From the NCBI GenBank assembly GCA_950097015.1, contig CATNEN010000039.1, positions 5,394,001 to 5,458,000 of the forward strand: 64,000 nt of DNA, given 5' to 3'. The notes below the pieces were generated by a model, which was given only the letters and a program-made list of their open reading frames with translations, searched no databases and was not told the DNA's origin. Shown here piece after piece: positions 53,380 through 62,871 of this stretch. How positions within the stretch are numbered: the first letter of the stretch is position 1; each line of letters begins with the position of its first letter. The translations under genes and the position numbers were made by a program. The DNA is from Macrostomum hystrix (Eukaryota; Animalia; Platyhelminthes).

Positions 53380-56300
53380 TCTCGGAAGCCAAAAATAAAT
53401 TGTGTTTCGCAATGCAACAATACACTAGACCTAGTGAAAAATGCGACAAAAGACAAAGAAGAGTGGAAAAAAGATTGAGCGAAGTAAAAGCAGTGGCGCA
53501 TTGTGGCGAATGAATGGTGAAGTTATCGCACTTGGGTGGCGCTTACTCACTCTCTCTTTCTTCCATATTGTTTGGCACAGCAACTGTCAATATGATACTT
53601 AAACAAATGAAAGAGAAAGGTTGCAATACTGGCTGCGGTTTTTTGTAAGGCCATGCATTGTTGCTACCCCACCCCCCCCGAGGCACACGCTGAGCATAGC
53701 TGAGCACTGATGAGTAGAGTTGAGCAGGGCTCAGTCGGGGTCCCCAGTGTGTGCGAGCTGTGATCGCAGACTACCGCAGATGCTGACAAGCCTGACACTG
53801 ACAATTTGTTGCCTAGCTTAATATTGTATTTGCAGTTAACAATTATCTTACAGTATCCTATATACGACTATTCATTAAATATGTCGAAACTGGAAATTGC
53901 CGCCTTTCAGGAACGACACTGTTTCCTGCGCTGTTTCCGGGCCTGCATACGGGCTTTGAGTTCGCACCGGCTGCGCAGTTTCTGGCACCCGCTCTGGACG
54001 GTGAGCAGATTCTACTCTGCTCCACTTAACTCGATTCAAATCTGCTCAAATCTACCTTACTGTAGTTTACTCAACCCTAATATACCATTAATAATAATAT
54101 TGTTATTATTTGCTGGAGCGCTGAGGGCAATGGCACATCATTTGGTGAGACACTAGACCCGCAGCCAGCGAGGAGGCAATTCTGCCCATTTCGCTGACTC
54201 CTGAGCACACACGCACACCGATACACAGATACACAGTTATAATGAGCAAGCATACGCTCACGCAGGGTGTAAATCTGCCCTGACTTTCTCATCGTCAGGC
54301 AGTGTACACTGCCACTGTGCCTTGGAGGCATGGACGAATGAATAGAATGGATTGCTATTCTGGCTCTGGCTATTTTCGTTTTTGACTATTTTGCATCCGG
54401 TTCCCCCCGTGCCTTTTCATTGGTTGATGATTGCCATAGACAATTTTCGGCCTTCGCCCCTTTCTTTCGATGCACAAGCGCAAAGAACTGATTTTATTGT
54501 AGTCGAATCGACTCTCGAATCGTGCTTGTAGGTCTTCCCCCTTTATTTCAAAACACGAGCGAAAGCAACTGAGAATTTAAAGTAGACAAATCGACTGATT
54601 CGTGCTGAGAGACTTTTATCACTACCATGCCTAATGGCTCAAAGCGCTACTGTGCTGCACTAGAATGTCTGTCCAAGTCAGGGATGCGGGACGACACTGG
54701 AGTGAATATCAGCTTCTTTTCTTTTCCTGTCAAATCTCCACTTCAACTGACCGAATGGATGAGCAATGTGAAGATGGCATCGCAGTTTGTCTTGACAGAG
54801 AGCTCAGTATTGTGTTCTACATTCTCAGTTCTTTGCGCTTGTGCATCGAAAGAAAGGGGCGAAGACCGAAAATTGTCTATGGCAATCATCAACCAATGAA
54901 AAGGCACGGGGGGAACCGGATGCAAAAGAGTCAAAAACGAAAATAGCCAGAGCCAGAATAGCAATCCATTCTATTCATTCATCCATGCTTGGAGGTTGGC
55001 CCTCGAGGGCGTAAATTGCACGACAAGCCCCAAGCCTTCTCTCGGCGGCTGCGCCCCAGTCTATAATGTGGCCTCGACGCGTAATCGAGCTTAGGGGCGT
55101 TGGTTCGAGAGGCAAACGCGTTAACCGCTCTGCCACTCACCCCTCCTAATCTACCCTACTCTTACTCTACTTTACTCAACCCTAATCTGCCCTACTCTTA
55201 CTCTACTTTACTCAACCCTAATCTACCCTACTCTTACTCTACTTTACTCAACCCTAATCTACCCTACTCTTACTCTACTTTACTCAACCCTAATCTGCCC
55301 TACTCTACTCTACTTTACTCAACCCTAATCTACCCTACTCTACTCTCCGTTTCGCAGGCTCGGCCCTCAGCCTTTTCCAGGGTCTGACAGCTCCCCTGCC
55401 GCAGGTCACAACAATGGCCGCTCTGCCGCCGCCGCCACCGCCACCACAGCAGCTCGGCTTCCCCTACGCTGCACTGCATCATCATCATCAGCAGCAGCAG
55501 CAGCATCAACAGCAGCAGCAGCATCAGCAGCAGCAGCAGAACCAGCATGCCGCAGCCGCAGCCGCAGCCGCAGCCGCGGCGGCCGCAATGCTCTCACCTC
55601 AGACAGCCGCAGCCGCCGCTGGGCTAAACTCAATCCTGCTGGTGTCCAACCTGGATGAGGATGTAAGTTAGCGGATGGGGAAGGGAGTCTGTTATTGAAA
55701 TTTGGCAGTTGTGTCAATGGAGTTCAGTTAACCGCCCTGTGCCTGCAGTCTTTGTCGTGTTTCAAAAACCTACGATCTAACATAATAAGTGACGCCTAGT
55801 AAATCACCCGCTTATGTCACCTGTTTACGTCACCCACCTGGCAATTTCGCTGCGCTTTTGAAGTTGTTTTAAAAAAAACGATATTCGCACTTCACACAAA
55901 CAAAATACCCAATTTTAACTACTTATAGTCAGTCTAGTCTAGCACTGATAAGTGTTTGGATATTAATTAACCCTGCAGAGTGTAAAACGCTGTTTATCTT
56001 TCTCGGCCCAGTCCATCTCTTTGACTGTGTTTAACCAATTCGGCATAGAAGCAGAAGATCTAACAAGTGGCTTTGGAATGTGCTTTATCGCATTACCTAA
56101 TATTTCATTCTTTTGCCTTGCCAATGCTCTCAAAGATCAAAGGACAAAGAACACTGTTGGTCTCAATTTTCTCTTCAAGCCTTCTTTAGTTCTGCCTGGT
56201 CGTTGTGCAACTCTACTCTCTGCTTTTTGTGCAGATCGCAAACACTTCGTTAATGGTAGTCCATAAAGGGAAACAATCTCTATAAGGTCAATTGTATGGG

Positions 56301-59300
56301 GCTTGTCAGTGGAAATCTTAATACTACGTTTGGATAGGTAGATTTGAACTGCAAGGCCTTGAAGGTAGACTCAAAATTCAAGTCAAGTAAACGTTAATAA
56401 TCTTTAACGTATCGCAGGGGCTTCAAAAGAAATAAATATTTTATTCAAAGATCCTCTGACTGAATTTGTTTACCCTCCACCTAAATACTGAATTATTTGT
56501 GTCACCTCAATATTGCATTATTAATAAACAATAATTAAAAAACACGCATTTTCTGTTTCGCCGCAATGCATAGAGAGTCTCACCTGACGCTCTCTTCACA
56601 CTCTTTGGTATGTCTATTTTCTTGCCTGACTAACCGCACCTGTCCTTTGTATTTCCTTATTTTCTATAAATATTTCAATTACCAGCCAGTCAGCACTTCT
56701 CAGAGTCTCGAAGTTTAGTAAAATATCAAAACAAATTAGAGAAACAAATTTCTTTGAGAAGATATAATGTAGTCGAAATCTTTTTTAGATATTTTATATT
56801 CCTCGTCCGTGTTTTTCTTACATTATGCACCGAATGTAAAATGCGTGTTTCGTATTATCACAGTTTTTTACTAAAATAATTTCATTGTCTCTTGCTACTG
56901 TCAAGCATTGAACGATAAAAAAATTAATTTGAGAATATATATACTAGATTGGAAAAACTCGGTATTTTAAGAAAAGTTTTATATAAGATAGTAGAATACC
57001 CTTGAAATAATTGTTATAAAATATTAAGACAAATTCAAGTTCTAACTGCACAATTTCGTTTCTTTGCGGAACGGCATAGATTGACTCGGTATTTAAAATT
57101 TGCCTACGGAAAAATGTGTGTACCAAATTAATAAAATAATAGAAAAACAAGAAGTAAAGAAACTAATTAAAAGTAAAGACAAGTGACAATATCTACTACC
57201 TGGACGCTTAAATAACTACTGCATGGTAACTTTTTGCTTTTACAAAAAGGACAGCTTTAACACAAATTGAACCTGTTTGTCTCAGCCACGTTCATTTTCT
57301 CATTTTTTACCGCGTGGCGTTATTTCGAGCTGTTCGCTTATGCTTACTAGCGTAAGTAGTGTAGGATTACAGTGTAGATGTACAGCTAAAGGCACAATAA
57401 CTTTTTAAATTAGAAAATGAAGGTTAGAGTAATAAAGTGCGCTCGTATAGTCTTTCAAATGTGGCAAGAGTTCCGAATCGAAGGCAAAATCAGGTTCGTT
57501 GGTTCAATTTAAAAATGGAAATTATTCCTTATTAACTTACTTGAATCGTGTTTTTAACATATTTTCCTTCTTGTGCATGTCCTCTTTACTGTCGTGAAAT
57601 TACGAAAAAAACGTTAAAAAGTATTCTAAAAAGAGGTCATATATTTGGTGGAATACCCAGGGACTTATCTGTGTCAATATAACCACGCACAGAGTCGGTG
57701 CCTCTCTGGCCGCGTTTTACGAAGGGTGAATCAGTGGGGTTGGCGGCACGGTAAGATAAGAGGGGTTAGAAAATTAGGCTTAGGGGTGACAGATGGACCA
57801 ATCAGAACGCGGTGGAAGGGGGTGAGAGATTTCAGCTTAATGAAATGAGTCTTCACTGAGAAAGGTATCTCTTCTCTCCATCTCTTCTAATGAGATGGAT
57901 AATGCTAAAAATAGAAAAACGAGATAGTGTGAATAAGGGAGGAACTGCGGTTGGATCTGGCAGCAGTTGCATCGAAGTAAGTTCTGACATTAAAACACAC
58001 TATTGGGAGATTTACATGCAGCCAGAAAACTAATATTATATTATTAGTATTCATGCACATTCCCCCTACATCTGCGCATAAACCTGAACCTTTGCAGGCG
58101 TGTACGGAGATGTACAGAGGGTGAAGGTGATGTACAACAAGAAGGACAACGCTCTAATTCAATTCGCTGACGCAACGCAGGCCCAACAGGCGATGCAGAA
58201 CCTCAATAATGTAAAGCTGAACGGCAAACCGATGAAGATCACTTTTAGCAGGCACTCTCAGGTGGCTATGCCGAAGGAGGGTTCAGAGTCCGGCCTGACC
58301 AAAATATTCTCCAATAGTCCGCTGCACAGGTTCAAGAAGCCCAACTCTAAGAATTATCACAACATCTATCCGCCGTCGGATGTGCTTCATCTCAGCAATA
58401 TCCCGTTAGAGGTGCCGGAGGATCGAATTCGTGACATCTTCGAGGAGAACGGCTTCAACTTGGTGGCAATTAAATTTTTCCTGTGAGCACTATTTTTTAT
58501 GAAAAATCTAACAAGCAGGCCTTTGCAATGTAGAAATCCTGATTCTCGAAATTTGATTGGCTCAGTGAGTTTTGGGTTTTGGTTATTTTTAGAATGACGA
58601 GTGGGGATTCTCTCTTGAATTTTTTTCAACCAGCAAAAGCACGTGACTCACTTCAACGAATGAAATGACATTCAGGATGCTGGAAAAGCAAGAGATTATA
58701 ACAGTAAAACTACCAAGGAAGTCGAATTCCCTCCTCCCTGACAAAATTTTGTGCTGCACCCGAACGGAGCAAAGCAAGCACACGAAGCTCGATAGCACGG
58801 GCCAAATTTTTGTTGCGCTTCTTCTGGAACAAAGTATCTAGTCGCCAACTCATCTTCACCCGAATGTGCCTGCATCATCTCCGTCTTCGGTGGTCACCTA
58901 CCTTTATCGGACGGACTGCTGGACCTTCAATGTCTACAACATTTGGAAATAGGCCACTATGGACACCCTGACGCGAATTTATTCAATTTCACTGATCAAG
59001 CCTAAATATTAGGCGCAGATCAACCACAGGACACCTTTGTCTGAATGCCCTAGTCTATCAACCAATCAGTCACCACCAACGCTATTAGCATTCAGGCGCT
59101 GCCAAAAAATTTCAGTGGGGGAAAACCCCCCCACCCTTGGTATAAAAACGGGTGCAAAATGGCTTGGTAGTCCTACTGATAACGGTGACCAGATGGTGTC
59201 CATCTGCTGCATCGCTGTGGCTATCGGAACAGTTAACACTTTCGTCCAATGGTCCCCACTAAGACAATTCAAGACCTGTTGCAACTCAAACATTTCAGAA

Positions 59301-59564
59301 AGGATAAGAAGATGGCGCTGGCTCAGATGGGATCCGTTGATGAGAGCGTCGAGGCGCTGATTGTGAGTTGACGGCTCTGATTTCTTCGAATTCAAACCAT
59401 GTTGCTTATAGCACGTCAACACAAACGTTTTATAACATGCAAACGAAATTTTCCAGAAACTGCATAACATTCAGCTAAGTGCCAATCATCACCTGAGAGT
59501 TAGCTTCAGTAAATCAATCATTCAGCAGCAACAGCAGCAGCAACAGCAGCTGCAGCTGCAGTAA
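44780..59564 (+). CDS. PTBP: Polypyrimidine tract-binding protein (PTB/hnRNP I, four RRMs): join(44780..45139,45508..45651,45987..46142,50606..50740,51364..51498,51596..51647,52120..52178,53096..53270,53911..54000,55358..55662,56574..56607,58098..58482,59299..59362,59457..59564), 2202 nt, 733 aa
   Basis: All introns GT-AG with consistent phases; PTB signatures [102 protein letters not shown]. Confidence 0.95.
45508..45651 (+). CDS. PTBP: PTB exon 2 (RGPADDI...DAKK)
   Basis: TCTTCAG acceptor, weak GTTCAA donor; KR...KK bipartite NLS-like. Confidence 0.75.
45987..46142 (+). CDS. PTBP: PTB exon 3 (RRM1 start)
   Basis: [23 protein letters not shown]...KKKNQ; CAG acceptor, GTGAGC donor. Confidence 0.92.
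46195..48140. repeat. 20-bp intronic minisatellite (CTAGAACAGCCTCACTCACC)n
   Basis: Direct tandem repetition with a recurring CGCACCACAG variant triplet. Confidence 0.97.
50040..50528. repeat. 21-bp intronic minisatellite (TCACTCACAGTTTCCGCTCTT)n
   Basis: Direct tandem repetition. Confidence 0.96.
50606..50740 (+). CDS. PTBP: PTB exon 4 (RRM1 end)
   Basis: [18 protein letters not shown]...[16 protein letters not shown]; CCCAG acceptor, GTGAGT donor. Confidence 0.93.
50745..51350. repeat. (GATT)n-type microsatellite filling PTB intron 4
   Basis: Direct reading. Confidence 0.95.
51364..51498 (+). CDS. PTBP: PTB exon 5 (linker, RRM2 start)
   Basis: NAAADNAV...[21 protein letters not shown]; TGCAG acceptor, GTGAGT donor. 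Confidence 0.92.
51596..51647 (+). CDS. PTBP: PTB exon 6 (RRM2)
   Basis: [17 protein letters not shown]; TTGCAG acceptor, GTGAGT donor. Confidence 0.93.
52120..52178 (+). CDS. PTBP: PTB exon 7 (RRM2)
   Basis: (N)[19 protein letters not shown]; GGCAG acceptor, GTGAGC donor. Confidence 0.9.
52206..52775. repeat. Compound repeat (GGGATGGGATGGGAAAC)n then (GGATGRGAAACT)n in PTB intron 7
   Basis: Direct reading. Confidence 0.93.
53096..53270 (+). CDS. PTBP: PTB exon 8 (RRM2 end)
   Basis: [37 protein letters not shown]...; TTTCAG acceptor, GTGAGA donor. Confidence 0.95.
53347..53378. repeat. (TG)n microsatellite
   Basis: Direct reading. Confidence 0.9.
53911..54000 (+). CDS. PTBP: PTB exon 9 (90-nt symmetric RRM2-RRM3 linker exon)
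   Basis: CCTTTCAG acceptor, GTGAGC donor, phase 1-1, open: [30 protein letters not shown]. Confidence 0.75.
54125..55137 (-). mobile_element. SINE family A, apparently full-length copy interrupted by a MITE
   Basis: Minus-strand tRNA-like head (A-box TGGCAGAGCGG 55135-55125, B-box-like GCTCGATTAC 55090-55081); body matches 2565-2808. Confidence 0.75.
54329..54987. mobile_element. Non-autonomous DNA transposon (MITE), 659 bp, about 163-bp TIRs, 8-bp TSD CTTGGAGG (P- or hAT-type)
   Basis: 54329-54491 is the near-perfect reverse complement of 54825-54987; TSD at 54321-54328 and 54988-54995; termini CATGG...CCATG. Confidence 0.93.
55141..55346. repeat. 36-bp repeat (AACCCTAATCTACCCTACTCTTACTCTACTTTACTC)n abutting the exon 10 acceptor
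   Basis: About 5.5 units. Confidence 0.92.
55358..55662 (+). CDS. PTBP: PTB exon 10 (polyP/H/Q/A linker, RRM3 start)
   Basis: TTCGCAG acceptor, GTAAGT donor; ends [14 protein letters not shown]. Confidence 0.88.
56574..56607 (+). CDS. PTBP: PTB exon 11, 34 nt ([12 protein letters not shown])
   Basis: GCATAG|AGAGTCTCACCTGACGCTCTCTTCACACTCTTTG|GTATGT; required to join phase 0 to phase 1 in RRM3. Confidence 0.93.
58098..58482 (+). CDS. PTBP: PTB exon 12 (RRM3 and RRM4 start)
   Basis: [23 protein letters not shown]...HLSNIP...IKFF; TTTGCAG acceptor, GTGAGC donor. Confidence 0.96.
59299..59362 (+). CDS. PTBP: PTB exon 13 (RRM4)
   Basis: [21 protein letters not shown]; TTTCAG acceptor, GTGAGT donor. 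Confidence 0.94.
59457..59564 (+). CDS. PTBP: PTB exon 14 (RRM4 end, stop TAA 59562-59564)
   Basis: [35 protein letters not shown]. Confidence 0.94.
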   Translation, partial: KLHNIQLSANHHLRVSFSKSIIQQQQQQQQQLQLQ

Positions 59565-61120
59565 AGTTTTTCAATAACCTTCCGGAGACGCACAAAAACC
59601 GTGTACTGACAAAGTGCCTTTTAGTTTTGCAAATCGCCCGAAATGCCAATCGTTTTGTACCACCGCAACTGTAATCTCCGGCTCTAATGGGTTATATAAA
59701 AGACAAAAGCAGAAAATAAACATTAATATTAGTTCGAGCATCAGCTAAAACAACCAAAACAGTGCAATATGTCAATTTCGTGTTTAATTTATTAACTTTA
59801 TAAGGCCTGCGTTGCGTCAAATTTGAAGATTGACAGACATTCACCTCGATCGCCTGCCCTGCGTTGTACGCCTGTCCATCCGTTTTGTGTCACTTTGATT
59901 TCCTCGTCCTCGTGTTTTTTCTGTGTTGTTAAAATATACGCACGATTCGCGCACAATATATGCGACTAGAAGTAGCACATTATGCTAAATTATTTTACAA
60001 TTCTGCTTCATTTTGTGAGATTTGAATTGGTTTTTAAATAGTTTTTCCTATAGTTTCGTTAGAACAAGAAATAGTTGCGAGCGAAAACGAAAAAGCTGTT
60101 TGTAACCATAGTTCCATAAACAGCACAAATAATATTGTTTTATTGCAATCGGGTCTAACCGAAAAACGAGCACTTTTTATTTTGAACGTCGTGCGACATG
60201 AATTCGTACTAACAATAGTGACGTGGTGTTTTCTTTCATACTCTCTATAGATGCAGAGCACTACAGAATATCAAAATCATCCCTGTTATTTGATTTTCGT
60301 TTTAATTAGCATTGTAAAGTAAAAAATCTCTATACATTTTCCACGCATACACGGCGCACGAGTCCACATGGTAAAAGTTATCGTAAAGTGACTTTTAGCG
60401 GTAACATTTAATCGAACTTTAAATCCAGTAAAGTTTTTTCTCCACCGAGTTGCCTTATTTTAAGCACTTATCTGTATTGTAATAAGAAACTTTATTTGTT
60501 TGTTGTGTTCTCGAAATCAGTTTTAATATAGTTTTTATATGTTATTAGTCGCTGCAATTCGTTTTTTAATGAGCTCGTACTTTCGTTCAATTGTGACTGG
60601 AAATTGAGCTATAGTTAATTGCTTAATTTAATTGCTCTTTTCCACTATAGTGAGGTGTTACTAATGAAAAGTCTGTTTCACATGTCTGCTGCTGTTAAAG
60701 GTAGTTAATGTCTTGTTTTAATAGAAGTCCTTGATTAGTAGGACATCAGTGTTATTGTAAAAAACGTTAAAATTTACTTTTATAAAATATTTTAAAGCAA
60801 TTTTTACTCTGTGTATACTGCGTATGCAAGACGTTGGTATGGCATAATGTTTACCTTTTTATATCGGAAACGGCTTGGTTCATTTTTGCATCGTTTTGTC
60901 TGCCCGTTCGTCCGTTCTTTATTTTGCTTATATTTGTGGTTGATTGTTGGTTTTTCGTGTACACCTGTTGGAAACGGATTCAGTTTCACGTCAATATAGT
61001 AGTAATTACAAATGAGAAAAAAAGAAAAAATATATACGGCTTTTGTTTGCGCAGAAAAGTACAAAGATGTAAGAAAACGTCGCCTCTAGTTGAAATAAAG
61101 AAAATGGGACTCTAGTAACT
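59565..61120 (+). promoter_or_regulatory. Putative AT-rich PTB 3' UTR with AATAAA at 59715-59720 and 61094-61099
   Basis: Repeat-free U-rich sequence after the stop; polyA signals seen directly; true end unknown. Confidence 0.5.
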
Positions 61121-61152
61121 TTGCGATTATTAAATCCATATTAATAAGTTTA

Positions 61153-61418
61153 CAGTGGTGGCACATTGGTGGCAGTAGACCACCAGTGAGGAGGCAATTC
61201 TGCCCATTAAGCTGATCCATGATCACACACTCACGCAGGTGTGTATCTATACCGTAGGTGTGTATCTATGCTGGTTGGCCCTCAAGAGGGCGTAAATTGC
61301 ATGACAAGCCCCCGAGCCTTTTATCCGCGGCTGCGCCCTAACTGAATGTGGCCTCACTGCGGATTGGAGCTCTTGGGAACTAATTGGGTGCGCGTTAACC
61401 GCTTAACCGCTCTCTCCC
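61153..61418 (-). mobile_element. SINE family A, diverged copy
   Basis: GAGGAGGCAATTCTGCCC, GGGCGTAAATTGCATGACAAGCCCC, GCGGCTGCGCCC, AATGTGGCCTC, GCGTTAACCGC shared with 54125-55137. Confidence 0.75.
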
Positions 61419-62362
61419 ATTGAATGTACATAAACTGCGCAGCTGCAGTCACCTGATCCACTGATAGATGTCTATGGGTACCTGACTTCCTACCTCTGTC
61501 CTGGGCCCAGTGGCCTTCCGAAGGTGCTCTCTTGGTGGCCCTCTAGTCTATAAATAAGCTGACCTAGATGTCTGGCTATACAATCTTCCCAACTGGTGCA
61601 CTTTTACCTTCGCTTGCGTTCGCACTAGCCGGACCCTGAACCAAGTGCCTTCTGCATGGTGTTTTGAGCTCCTATGTACGGTTGTTCCGAAGGTGTTACC
61701 AGGTTCATTTAACACAAATCCCAGTAAAACGGTCTCTATGTAAGAGCGGTCTACCAGTCGTACCGGAATGTGTAATACAACGTGCAATACCAACTTCATA
61801 AATAGCTGTCCTGAGCCGTGGGGTTGCTCTGAGCCGGAGCAGACTAGAAACTGTTTCCCACAGGGGTTGGGGTGGCTCGCCTGCTGGCTCAGACGTTGAA
61901 TTGATGGGTGCGCAGACAATACAATAACAATGATACGGTAGTCTATAACCAAATTATAACACAAAATATACTAATTCTAAAAATAGCATAAACAACAACT
62001 CTAACCTAGCATTAATAACAAATCCCTCTAAGGCAAAAAGACGCTCACACTACACGATCTGCAATATTTCTTTAGAATCTCACTCCTACTTTTTCGACTA
62101 GATTTCCACTTTAAAACATACTTTTCTACATGTCATTGTAAAATTAATATTACATGCAATAAAGTTTGATCAACTGACGAACTTAGTTGGTCTCACAAGC
62201 CGGCCAGTGTCAAGAAACGTACTTCGCCGACAAGGCTACTGCAGTCGGGCGAGGAAACAAATGAAAGGACTGGGGCAAATTCACATTCGATGTGCATGTA
62301 ATCGCGTACGTAAGTGGTTCTTCGCCGACGACGGCAAATTGGCCTTCTTAATCTGATATTTA

Positions 62363-62871
62363 CAGTGGCGCAACCAGGTTTTGCCTTAGGGGGGGCGGTC
62401 TTTGCGTACATTGCCCTTTGCGTACATTGCCCTTTGCGCACATTGCCCTTTGCGTACATTACCCTTTGCGTACATTGCCCTTTGCGCACATTGCCCTTTG
62501 CGTACATTGCCCTGTTGCGTACATTGCCCCGCGGGTCGAAGGGGGTCGGCCGCCAGGTGGAGCGCGCTCTGTTTCGCGGTTTTCGCCCATCGTTCCTGGG
62601 CCAATTTCAAGGGCCGGTAGGGTAGGGCCCAGACGATTTAAAAGGTTTAAAAAATCAGAACGCACGCACGATTATAATGAAAGCTTGAAAATTAATATAT
62701 GACCAATGGTCTTGGACTTGCTCTTTGGTCATGTACGTTGGACTTGGGGGACAGGGAATGAGATAAGGTAATAAATTAAGAAGCGTCTTGGCTTGCCCTT
62801 TGCGTACATTGCCCTGCGGGCCGAATCGGGGGGCGGCCGCCACCCCCGCCCCCCCCCTGGTTGCGCCACTG
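62363..62871. mobile_element. Non-autonomous hAT-like element, 509 bp, 16-bp TIR CAGTGGCGCAACCAGG, 8-bp TSD GATATTTA
   Basis: TSD at 62355-62362 and 62872-62879; perfect TIR; internal 16-bp repeat TTGCCCTTTGCGYACA at about 62400-62530 and again near 62792. Confidence 0.92.

Noticed and set aside
54125-54200. Minus-strand GCCTCCTCGCTGGC in SINE A (also about 2600-2616) matching the HDV ribozyme P3/L3 sequence
   Set aside because: No P1 partner for the following UGCGGGU, no GG for P1.1 and no convincing P2/J4-2 found by eye; a covariance-model search on the family consensus would settle it
55141-55346. Interstitial telomeric repeat (AACCCTAA)
   Set aside because: Only one CCCTAA per 36-bp unit, not a (TTAGGG)n run
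61548-61964. 138-aa minus-strand ORF, possible TE remnant
   Set aside because: No recognisable motif or splice structure; needs a BLASTX search
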